DNA from: Amoebophrya sp. A120
Taxonomy: Eukaryota > Protista > Dinoflagellata
Direction of reading: 5' to 3'
Assembly (NCBI GenBank): GCA_905178155.1
Contig: CAJINV010000002.1
Coordinates: 9,678,650-9,742,649 of the forward strand
Length of the DNA stretch: 64,000 nucleotides
The notes under the pieces are model-generated. The model saw only the letters and a list, made by a program, of their open reading frames with translations, did no database searches and had not been told where the DNA came from. The position numbers were made by a program, and so were the translations under genes. Below are positions 46,781 to 57,200 of the stretch, in pieces (within the stretch, counting starts at the first letter, position 1; every line of letters starts with the position of its first letter).

Positions 46781-49700
46781 ATGTTGTGCCGCATGTCCTC
46801 CGGTAAAAGTCATTGCACTATGGAAGTCTCCCTGTCCGCAGTGGTGCGGCCGCGGGGTCTCACCCGCCGCCGTTTTCTGTGGCTCGACGTCTGCTGTTCC
46901 ATTCTCTACTTGTTGGGGAAAAGAAGAACCACGGCCACCGCGACAGCGCACGACGAGAAAGCTAGCTTATCTTCGCCCGAAATAAATGAAGATCCTGAGA
47001 ACACAACGCCGATTTCCTACCTGGAGCGCCGTCGTGGCTGTTGTGGCGGCGGCGATGAAGATGCGGGTAGCAAAAATGACACCAACGGAACCGACTCCGG
47101 CGACCTCAGTCCGACCTCCGAGTCCTCGGGTGTCAACAACAAGGACAAACAAGACGAAAGCGAGATCTCGATTTTGGCCACAGCCTCCGGGAGGCAGGTG
47201 CTGAAGTCGACCTACACGGCTAACGACGTGACCCGGTGGTACTTCCTGACCGCGAAGGGGGTGACGCAGTGCCCGGCTCCATCCTCCCGGGGCCTGCTGG
47301 ACTCAGCCAACATTGACAACCACGCCGCAGCCTGCACCAACATTTTGAGTCTCTTCGCGCAGAGCAACAATGCGGAACTCGACAGGCCAATCAACAAAGT
47401 GGACGACGCGGAGTACAGCGGCGGTCTGCCGACGAATTGCGTTCCCGTCGGCTGCTCCGTGGAGGTCAGCGCGGAGAAAAACTGGACGCATTTTCTCCGC
47501 ACGAAACTGACCGCTTCCGTGCTGAGTCCCACGCTCGGGGACTGTCCGGAGGGCAAGCGGAATTTGAACTTACAGCTGGTTTGCGAAGGCGACGAGCAGG
47601 AGGCGGCGGACAAGGCTCCGGTTTTTTCCGAAGCGCCGCGGGCGTTGCGGGAGGCCGCACAGGACACGCAGCTGCAGGCCTGGCTGACGGAGCAGGACAA
47701 CCGCGCGCCCACGGCGTCGCCCTTCTGCCGCGTGTTGTCGGCGGCCACGCCGGTGGAGAACGCGATCAACCTGATTTTTCTCCCGGACGGCTTCCACCAC
47801 CTCGGGTTCGAGGGGCACATGAAGTGGAAGGAAGTGGTGTGGAAGATTTGGGAGGGCTTCACCCGCGTGCTTCCCTTCGACGCGAAGCAGAACGTCGGGA
47901 TGAACATTCTGTACGTCGACACCGCGCTGCCCGATCCCTCGGTGCCCCCCAAGGACGCCACCGCGGAGGAGATCGCCAACCACGACCCGAACACGCACTG
48001 CCGGCTGAACTGCCAGGGCATCGAGCGGCTCTTGTGCTGCGGCGAGATGGACGTGTGGAACCGGTTCGCCGCGCTCCACTGCGGCGCGGGACTGTACATG
48101 GGCACCATGGTGATCGCGAACATGGACCAGTACGGGGGCGCGGGTATCACCACGAAAAACTCCGCGACCATCACCATTCACGCGGAGGCGGTCAAGCTCG
48201 GCGTGCACGAGCTGGGGCACGGGATTTTCGCGCTCGGCGACGAGTACGCGTACACGGAATACGCCACGGCGGACCTGACGCCCAACTGCGACACCTGCGA
48301 ATTCGACCCGCAGAGCTACCAGCTGGTGAACCCATCGGACCCGAATAACTGCAAAAAGTGGCGGGATTTGCTGGACGCCAAGCGAGATCAAGACATCTTC
48401 TCCTCCGGGGTGGAGGAGGTGGGGTGCCACCCCGGCTACTGCTACGAGCACAAGTTTTGCGTCGGCTACGAGGACTCGATTATGCTGGCCTTCACAGACG
48501 CGATCAACGAGCTCGGACCGGTGAACGAACGGGTGACCTGCTGCAAGTACGTCATCCTGCTGCAGCAAATCCCGCCGTACTGCCAAAAATTTGACCGCAA
48601 GGGCCTCGACCTCTTTGCCTTTTGCGCCGGCAGCTTGTGGAAAACGCCCACGACGAAAAGCACGCTACAGCGCTTTGACAGGACGAGCAGTAGTTCCTCG
48701 ATGCTGGAGACCGAGTACAAAGAGTTGAAGGAAACAAGTACTTCTGGAAGTAGATCGAGAATGAAGTTGCGCCGCCGGACGTACATGTATGACAAACCCG
48801 TGAGGAGCTCCAGATACCTGTTTCGCGGTTCGTTGGCAAAGTCGCCGCGTTCGAAGGCAGCGTCCATCCCCGAAATGCAGGGCCTGTTGCTCAACCAAAC
48901 GGCAGACTTTACGCTGGTGTCCTCTGCCAGCACGGAAACTACAACGGCTCCTCCTTCAACTTCTTTTTTGTCCGTCGCGGGGAACAACGACGTCGCGGCG
49001 CCGGGAGCTTCCCTCGCTGACGCGCGCTTGTCGGAGGAAGACGACTCGTTCGTGATTGCCGCCCATTCGGAGGTGCTCAACCTGCAGGGGGATTTCGACG
49101 CGAGCGAGCTGCCGACGGCGGAAAAAGCGCGGGAGGACCTCGGGCTCCCGGTGGCGCCGGCCACGCCGCTGGAGCGCAATATTCTGCTCGATCTGGACGT
49201 GCAGGGCGGCACGCCCTTCATGGTGGTGGAGAAGCCAGTCGAGTGGCGGCTTCACCGGAGCGGAACAGAACCGACCGACCCGTGGCAGTGCAAGATGCTG
49301 CCCACCGAGGTGCCCGTCGTCACCTCCACCGAAGAACTGTTCGCGCAACCAAATCAGCATGCGGATGGTGGTGGTGGTCCTACTGCTTCACCTTTATCCC
49401 AAAGCCAAAGCTATTCTGCAGAAACCGAGCAGTTGTTGCGGGAGCGCGCCGGGCCAGCGCCATTGTCCTGGACGTTGGACGCCGAGGTGCCGCCAGAAGA
49501 GGAGGCCGAGAACGCGGCCGCGAAGCGGCGGCTGGTGCAGGACATGCGGCTGCAACGCCGGGTACGCGGGCTGTTCAGCCCGATGCGCCATACGGTCGAC
49601 GGCAACGCTCGGCTGTTGCCGAATCCGGCGGATTTCGGGTTTGACCCGAACTACTTTGTGGGTGCGCCCTACTGCCGCCAATTTGTCGGGAACGAGTGGC

Positions 49701-52700
49701 TGCGGAACTACGAGACAAACAGCACGGTGGGACACCCTCCGGTGGTCGATATCAAAAACTGGGGCTTTAAAACGAAGGCAAAATACGAAGCCACGCAGCC
49801 GTTTCTCTGCCGGGTGAAGATACGCAGCGACGCGGATTCCTTGGCGCAGAGCGGCGTGGTTATGGAAACTGACGTGGAACTGAATACTGATCATCAGACG
49901 TTGTTTGACGCCAGCGGTTCCTCGACAACATCTGCAAGCGATCAGACGCCGTGTCATCAGGCGTTACGCTACGCAACCGACCTGCGCAACCGATTCGCTT
50001 CAAAGAAGACCACACATGAGGGCTTCGGTCTCGAGCTCTTGCTCTCTCTGCTACCCTGGATCGATAGGAATGCGTTCCTTCAACAGAAGCAAACTGCAGA
50101 CGCCTTGAACAAAAATCCGCAAGGCGTCGATAATGCCGTCGAAATAAATCTGAACGCAGGAGGCGATAACAATGAGCGGTCGGTGCTGCTGACACTGGGA
50201 GGCCCTCAGATGTGCGAAATAATCTGCGATCTTGTAACAGCCTGCATTGCTTTTTCGGTCGTCGAAGAGATGGCAAATCTCGAAGGTGGGAAGAGCTGGA
50301 CTTGCAGTCTGCAGAGCACTGGCACCCTCGAGAGGCTGGAAGGGGCGAGTGATGGGACGACTAATGACTCTGCTGATCATTTGAACTCTGCCGTTTGTAC
50401 GCGTCGCGTGTGCGAGCGAGAGACCGAAATCGTGGATAGTCTTTCATCCGCGCAATCGTTTTTTCCTAGCTCACGAATGCGGGACGCGTATTGCGGAGAG
50501 AAAATTGATTGCGTCGTGACTCCGTGGGAACCTGTGCCTGAGCCGGTAGGAGACGTCGACGGGGGCGGCCAGATTTCCTTCGCAGAGAAGACAAGAAAGT
50601 TGCAAACAGCGCAGCAGGCCACATCGTCAACCACCAGAAAGCAAAAGTTTGTCGACATTGCAGAAGGAATCAAGGACGGCACTTACGCTGGCAACGAGCG
50701 GTCGAAGTATGGCCCGAACGAGAAGGACGCTTTTCTGGGGCCCTTCCCCGCGGCGCTGCAGAAAGTGATGCACGAGGAGTTCGGAACCGAAAATCCGACC
50801 GAGGGCGAGACGGAGCTGTTTGTCGCAAACCCGAAGAAAGCGAGCAACTGGGATTACAAAGACACTTACATCAGGAGCTCGGAGCTGAATCGGTGCGAGC
50901 AGGAGGTTTTCGTGGCAGCATTGGAAGCTTACTCCGGAGCAGAGTACGGCGGTCCTAGAGTGAATGTGAGGAAGATCCCGGACGCAGTGATTGGCGAGAT
51001 CAGTACTGAAGAAAAAGCCGAGGAGTTCCGCGCACTGATACACCAGGCCCGGGCACAACAAACCAACTGCTCGCTGGAACCACACGTGGAATCCACACGT
51101 GGGATTGTCATCCACGTCGTGGATGACAATCCCAGCGATCAGGAAGTACAACATCCAGGCAATAACGAGAACAACTCCGCAAATGCCCCTGCCGCTGCGG
51201 GAGAGGTAGATGACACATTTGCGGTGGATCAGCACAGCGGTCAAGAGGTCCAAGAACTAGGCAACAACGAGAACAACTCCGCAAATGCGAATGCCCCTGC
51301 CGCTCCTCCTAAGCCTAAAGGTAAGGCCTACGGACAACTTCTCAGACCACCCGCGTGTAGCAAGCCGTGCCAAGGAGCGGACAAACAGGGCGGTATTACT
51401 TATGTCGGTTGTGCGCAGGGTGGTGGTGCCGAGTCGCAACGGAGGTAGGGAATGCCCAAAGCTAGAGCTGCAGGTGCCTTGTAACCAAGACGTGGTCTGC
51501 CCCCCCGGCTACTCCGAAGATGGCGGATCAGGGGATCTCAATGCTGCTTGGCACGTGAATAGCCACCACCTGGAAGACGGCCGACTTCGACCCATCGGAA
51601 CTATTGCTCCGCCCCCGCCCGCAGCAAAGTACGGGCTGTACCCGGTGGCAATCGTCCTCGGAGACACTCAGGAGCAGATCGACCAGGCAAAAAAGCTAAA
51701 CGAAGGCACGACGCCCCCTACCGTGACGGTGAGGATAAAACCGTACGTCAAACAAGGCGATAATACTCGTGGAGATGATGCTGGTACCACGTACCAGTGA
51801 TGGTGATCCTAGCGCAACAACGACCTCCGAGACCGCCACGACAACGGTGCTGCTGCACTTCGTTACGTTTGACACCTTATCAAATGTAAAAATGTCTGGG
51901 TCTGGAAACTTGTGATGCTGGGTGGCGTATCATGAGGAAGCCATAAGTGCTGGCTCAGCATGACAAGTTTCTGAGCTTCTAGGTGTTGCCTATTCTGCAT
52001 GACAAACTGCGTTTTTGCATGACAGGAAAGTGGGGTTCTTGGGTAACCTGCATGACAGATTTAAGAGTCATGCCAGAGAAGCATGACAAATCGCGCATTC
52101 TTCCAGACCCAGACATTTTTACACTTGATACACCTACGAGTCCCTCGAGCCTGGGCCGCCCGTTTCCGCCACGGAAAAGAAGGATCTTGCCGCTGCTGGG
52201 CAGAACGTGCAAGAACAAGAAAGCCGGTTTGCCGGAGAACCCCGGAGGGAGGTTATCAGAATGAAAAATGCCCCTACCCCCGAACTTGAAAGCATTTGTA
52301 TTGCAAACCTTTCCAAATGAAACATTCGCCCTCTTGCACCTATCAGCATCACAGGTTTCCAATCGTGAATAGCGAAAATTTGTATTGCAAAAGACCCCAG
52401 CAAGAGCGGCGCTTGTCATGCAAGGGATGCGATACACACCTAGACTCTGCATCAGAAAGATTCATACTCGTTTCATGCATGACAAAAAGTTTTCATTTGG
52501 AAACTTCGCATCACAAATTTTTGCAATTTGAGGGGTGGGGGGCATTTTTTACTGTAATAGAGGTTCGGTTGATCTTGTCAGAGGGCGAGGCCTATGAATT
52601 GCAAAAATGTCTGGGTCTGGAAGGATGCAACTTGTAATGCTCATTCTGGATCGTGCAAGAATCTGTGTTGCATGAATGCCAAAAGTTGTCCACTTTTGTT

Positions 52701-53228
52701 TTTGACCAAGTTGAGAGGAAGTTTCTCATGCAGGATTGGCATGATAGGCATCTCACAGAATCTGTCATGCTAGGTCCTGCATTCCAGACGACATGGATCG
52801 TGGAAAAACTCCATGACAAATCTCAGAATCTTCCAGACCCAGACATTTTTACGTTTGATAAGGCCTGCCAGGTGGTGCAAAGAGATCCCGCGAACCCGGA
52901 AGAGTGGGTAGAGGTAGACAACGACGCGACGACGCAGCACGAGGAGACGGCCGCTGAACAAGATAGTACCGGAGCCGTGGCATCTTCTTCCTTCCTCGCG
53001 CGCGGTCGTGGGCGAAAGATGAAAGGAAAGCAAAAGATACATCAAGAAGAAGTGAGCAGCAGTCGGGGTCTTGTAGTTGAGGCGAGCTCGCCGCATCAAC
53101 TTCCGCGCAGAACAGCATCTCTGCCGAGGACGAAGAATTTTCTTCGAGGACTGCGACAGCGGCACAGAACAAGGGACTCTGACAGGCAACGTACTGAAGA
53201 TGTCGTGTGGGCAGAGTGGAAATCTTAG
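46781..53228 (+). CDS. M64-like zinc metallopeptidase with PAN/apple and TSP1-like modules, paralog 1. Exons 46781-51877 (two apparent frameshifts), 52136-52253, 52565-52592, 52866-53228
   Basis: INLIFLPDGF and HELGHGIFALGDEY (48206-48247); CEIICDLVTACIAF; CSKPC..RRVV..GGRECP..PCN..CP. The spliced C-terminus FVTFDTYES..PRREVRLILSEGEACQVV aligns with paralog 2. Confidence 0.8.
51878..52130. mobile_element. Family A TIR intron
   Basis: TIR TATCAAATGTAAAAATGTCTGGGTCTGGAA / TTCCAGACCCAGACATTTTTACACTTGATA; direct repeat CACCT at 51873-51877 and 52131-52135. Confidence 0.95.
52254..52559. mobile_element. TIR intron whose repeat contains AG|GT
   Basis: TATCAGAATGAAAAATGCCCC / GGGGCATTTTTTACTGTAATA; direct repeat GAGGT at 52249-52253 and 52560-52564. 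Confidence 0.92.
52593..52860. mobile_element. Family A TIR intron, inverted relative to 16728-16989
   Basis: Family A TIR; direct repeat AGGCC at 52588-52592 and 52861-52865; the interior is the reverse complement of the 16728 copy. Confidence 0.95.
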
Positions 53229-54253
53229 ATACTGATACTTACAAAATAGCGCTCATGTCATAGTACACAAACCCTCGTAGTCGATGCAGATTATTGCGAC
53301 CAGGAGCAGGACCATGTCCACCAAGAAAAAGTTTTTTTTGTACGATCCCACTGATTGACTCATTCATTCTCTATCTAACTCAACACAGCAACATGATTTT
53401 AATGAGAGAAATTCGGCCCTTGTTTCTGTTTTCATTCTATCCATTGATGTCTTTCTCTCTCCCAGACACAAACACCGCTTCATAAAAGCGCTTGTCGACT
53501 AATCCGTCATCACACGACGATGGATGAGTATCACTCTGTACGTTCAGTAGACTTGTTGGCCCAACATTGCCAGGAGGCAGACCTGTATCCGATGTCATGA
53601 AGAGACTGGAATTCCCATTGCATTTGATCGCGATGATTTGGTGATCGGGCGTGGACAGAGCATCCCTCTTACGAAGGATTCCATCACGAAACTCATCATG
53701 TTGTCCCTCGCAGTTGATGATGATGCAGATCTTTGTACCAACTTCTGACTGTCCCGCACACTGGCCACCGGCGCTATTGGAGTACATCGACGTTGGGGGC
53801 TTCTAGTCGTTGGTTGCAACATCAGCGGTGTACCTCTGGCAGTTTTTGTAGTCGTAGCGATTGCAGCTGAATTTCGTGTCTGTCGCTGCATCGTGGGTGT
53901 GGGCGGGACGAGAAAGATTCATTTCGAAAGTGTATACTTGAAAATGAAATTGAATCTCAATTATTTTTCGTGGATTAGCTCGTCGCCCAGTCGTTTAGTT
54001 TTTTAGATGCACAGTTTGTCGTCGTGTAGTCGAGCCTTCTTCAAGCTTTCATTTCTGAATTCCTGATAAAGCTAAGTCGCGGCTGCTACGAAAATCAATT
54101 GGAATAAAAGGAAAAAGTAAGCACAATTTATTTCCACCGCGGCGGGACGTTTTTTTTTTTCAATACGAATATCATGGATTACGGATAGTACCATGCGCTT
54201 TAAGCATATTCACTGACTCCATCATGTAGATATTCCATGCCTTCCCCTTCGCC

Positions 54254-57200
54254 ATGTCGGTTTTTCCGGCGAAAAGAGCACGTGCACTTTTTTGTTTCCG
54301 ATTCCGCTGGTTTTTGTTGCTGCACCGGAGCAAAAATTTCGCTCCTCTTCATTGCGTCAGAGCACTCGCAGTCGAACAGCAACTGAATGGAAAAACGAAA
54401 GCCGAAGCAGAGCAACCTTCCCCGTCCTGTTGTGGATCAACATCCCTTGAGGAAGATGAAACAAAAACTGATTCCCAGGGTCCGTTACAACCCCCACCTT
54501 CGGAGCCCAGCAGTGGCGGAGAGGAAAGCACGCCGGTCAGCAGCGGTATTATCCCCGTTGCCGATCCGGACCTCATCAAGCCGCAGCAGAACCCGGAGTG
54601 GCGCGAGGAAATCGTGTACTCGAGCGAATTTTCCTTCGCCAACTACACTATCAAGTGTAAAAATGTCTGGGTCTGGAAGGATGTAACTTGTGATGCGCAT
54701 TTCAGAACACACAAAAATCTCTGATGCATAGGCAGCAAAAACTGCTCACTTTCTGTCACCAAAGTGGGGGATTTGTCATGCGGATTCGGCATTGCGGAAG
54801 CTTCTCGGAACCTGTGACGCTAGAGCTTCCATGCAAGACCTTCTGTGTCATGCAGAAACAGCAGGACTCTTCCAGACCCAGACATTTTTACATTTGATAT
54901 ACACGCAGGAGTGGCAAAACCGCGCGCCCACCGCGACGGAGTTTTGCCGGGTGCTGAGCGTCCGCACGCCGGTCGAAAACGCGATCAATGTGATTCTGCT
55001 GCCCGACGGGTTCCACCACAAGGGCCGCAAGGGGCGGACGCGGTGGAAGCAGATCGTTTCCAAGGTGTGGCAGGGGTTCCAGCAGATGGAGATCTACGAC
55101 GCGCGGAAGAACAAGGGGCTGAATTTCATGTACGTCGACACCGCGATTTACCTCCCGGACACCGGGCACGAGAAGCACTGCACGGTGGGGTGCGACGGCG
55201 TGAAGCGGATCGTGTGCTGCGGGGACCTGGACAAGTGGAACCGGTTTGCGGCAGAGCACTGCGGCAGCGGGCTGTACATGTCCACGCTGGTGATCACCAA
55301 CGACGACGAGTACGGCGGCGGGGGCATCCCCCTGCAAAATTCCGCCGCGATCTCCTCCCACGCCGATGCGGTGGGCCTCGGGCTGCACGAGATGGCGCAC
55401 GGGGTGTTTGCGATCGGCGACGAGTACGACTATACCCCCCACGCCACGCCGGAGATCGTTCCCAACTGCGATCACTGCAAATTCGACCCGAACACGCTGG
55501 AGCTGGACCCCACGGCGGAAAACTGCCCCAAGTGGAAGGATTTGCTGACTGCGAGAGAAAAGGAAAATGTCTTCACTGAAGGGGAGGACAATGTCGGCTG
55601 CAATCCCGGGTTCTGCCACAATAACAAGTACTGCGTCGGCTACCCGAACTCGCTGATGAAGATGCTGTGGAAGCCGATCGGGCCGGTGAACGAGCGGATC
55701 ACCTGTTGCAAGCATTTGTATCTGCTGCAGGAGGTTCAGCCGTACTGCGAAAAGTACGACAAGGAGTTCAGTTCCAAAACGAAGACGCTAGACCTGTTCC
55801 AATACTGCAGCGGGAAAAATTGGCGTTCCGTGAACAACGCGGACAGCACCTTGCAACGGTTCGACGGCCACTCGTATTTCAAGGGTGCGCAGCGGACGCC
55901 GACTACGGGTGCGGCCTTTGTAGAAGTGAGGAAGAGGAGAAGTAAAGCAGATGACTTGGTACTAGCCGAGAATTCCACCGCTTCTGGAACAAATGCTGAT
56001 ACTGGTACTGCTCAAGAAAATCCAGAAAAAATCGAAGAGAATTTCGACGTACAACAGGCCCATGTAGTCCGTCTGATCCAAGAGTACCACAACCAGGCCG
56101 CGAAACGCATGCAGGAGAAGGAGAAAAGCGAACGAGAAGTGTTGGAAAAGGAAAATCATGTGAGTGGTAACGATCAAGAAGATAATGAGAACTCCCGTCT
56201 GTTCAAACTCCTCGGACGGGCCTACAATCCCTCGCGCTTCCACGTGCAGACCAAGCTGGACGATTCGTTTCTGCCTTCCGTGGAAGAGATTCAAGAAATT
56301 CTGGGTCTCAAGTACCCGCCCAGCCACCCATTGGAGCGCAATATCGCTCTGGAGCGAGATCTGAACGGCGCGACGAAGTTTATGCTTGTGAAGAACCCGG
56401 TGGAATGGCGGTTGTTTCGAAAAAACGTCGAGTCCGCTTGGCAGTGCGAGATGCTGAGTCCCGGGAGGCCGGTGTTGGGCGACGAAGGGGATGGTAGTGC
56501 TGGTTCTTCTACTACCATATCGGGAGGAGCTTTACCCGTGCCACCAGCAGATGACTCAGAAGATCCACTGCATGTTATCAGTCCGGAGCCCAGCTTGGGG
56601 CTGCTCGCGCAGCGGGCGCTGCGGGGTATGCAAAGTCCGTCGGCGATGACGACGGAGCAGATGCTAGCAGATGCGGAGCTGTTGCCGCGGGGCGAGGAGT
56701 TTAAGTTACCAAATCCAAATTATGTCGCGAATGAGCCGTACTGCCGCGGAGGGGATATCAGTGGAGCGAGCGGGTTGGGGAGTAGTGACATCAACAACTC
56801 TATGGACGAGGCAGACAAAAAAAGTTGGAACTGGCTCCGCAGTTGGCGAGTTGTAGACATCGGTAGAAGTAGTTCTGCTGAGTCGCTCCGTATTGAACAT
56901 GACTGGCAGGTTAGCACGAACGGGGGTGATGGTCAGGATGTTGATGACAAACCGGTTCTGTGCAAAATCCCAGCGGCGGGGCGGCGTGCCACGACATCTT
57001 TAACTGACAGCTCCACGGTTTCTGCGAACACAGAGGAAAGTCGAGAGCTGTGCCGAAACGCATGGAAATATGTAAACGAGGTTGAAAAACAGTTGTCAGC
57101 ACTGGATGTGAAAAGTGAAAATGCTGGTGAACAGCAGCAGAATGCACCGTCCTCGCAACCATTACCTTCGAATGACGACCCGCTTCACATGTTGCGAAAT

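Noticed and set aside
47212-49221. Long minus-strand ORFs here and elsewhere (e.g. 54888-55715, 57777-58706)
   Set aside because: Antisense shadows of GC3-rich + strand genes.
51321-51345. 25-nt GTAAG...CTCAG intron that would fix the first frameshift in paralog 1
   Set aside because: It would destroy the CSKPC motif that is conserved in paralog 2.
16728-54899. Recurrent 30-nt AAAAATGTCTGGGTCTGGAAG repeats as a CRISPR array
   Set aside because: They are dispersed inverted pairs, not direct repeats with spacers; eukaryotic context and no cas genes.
54792-54904. N-terminal ORF-track peptides such as FQTQTFLHLI or LPDPDIFT shared among ORFs
   Set aside because: These are translations of the family A TIR, not a protein motif.
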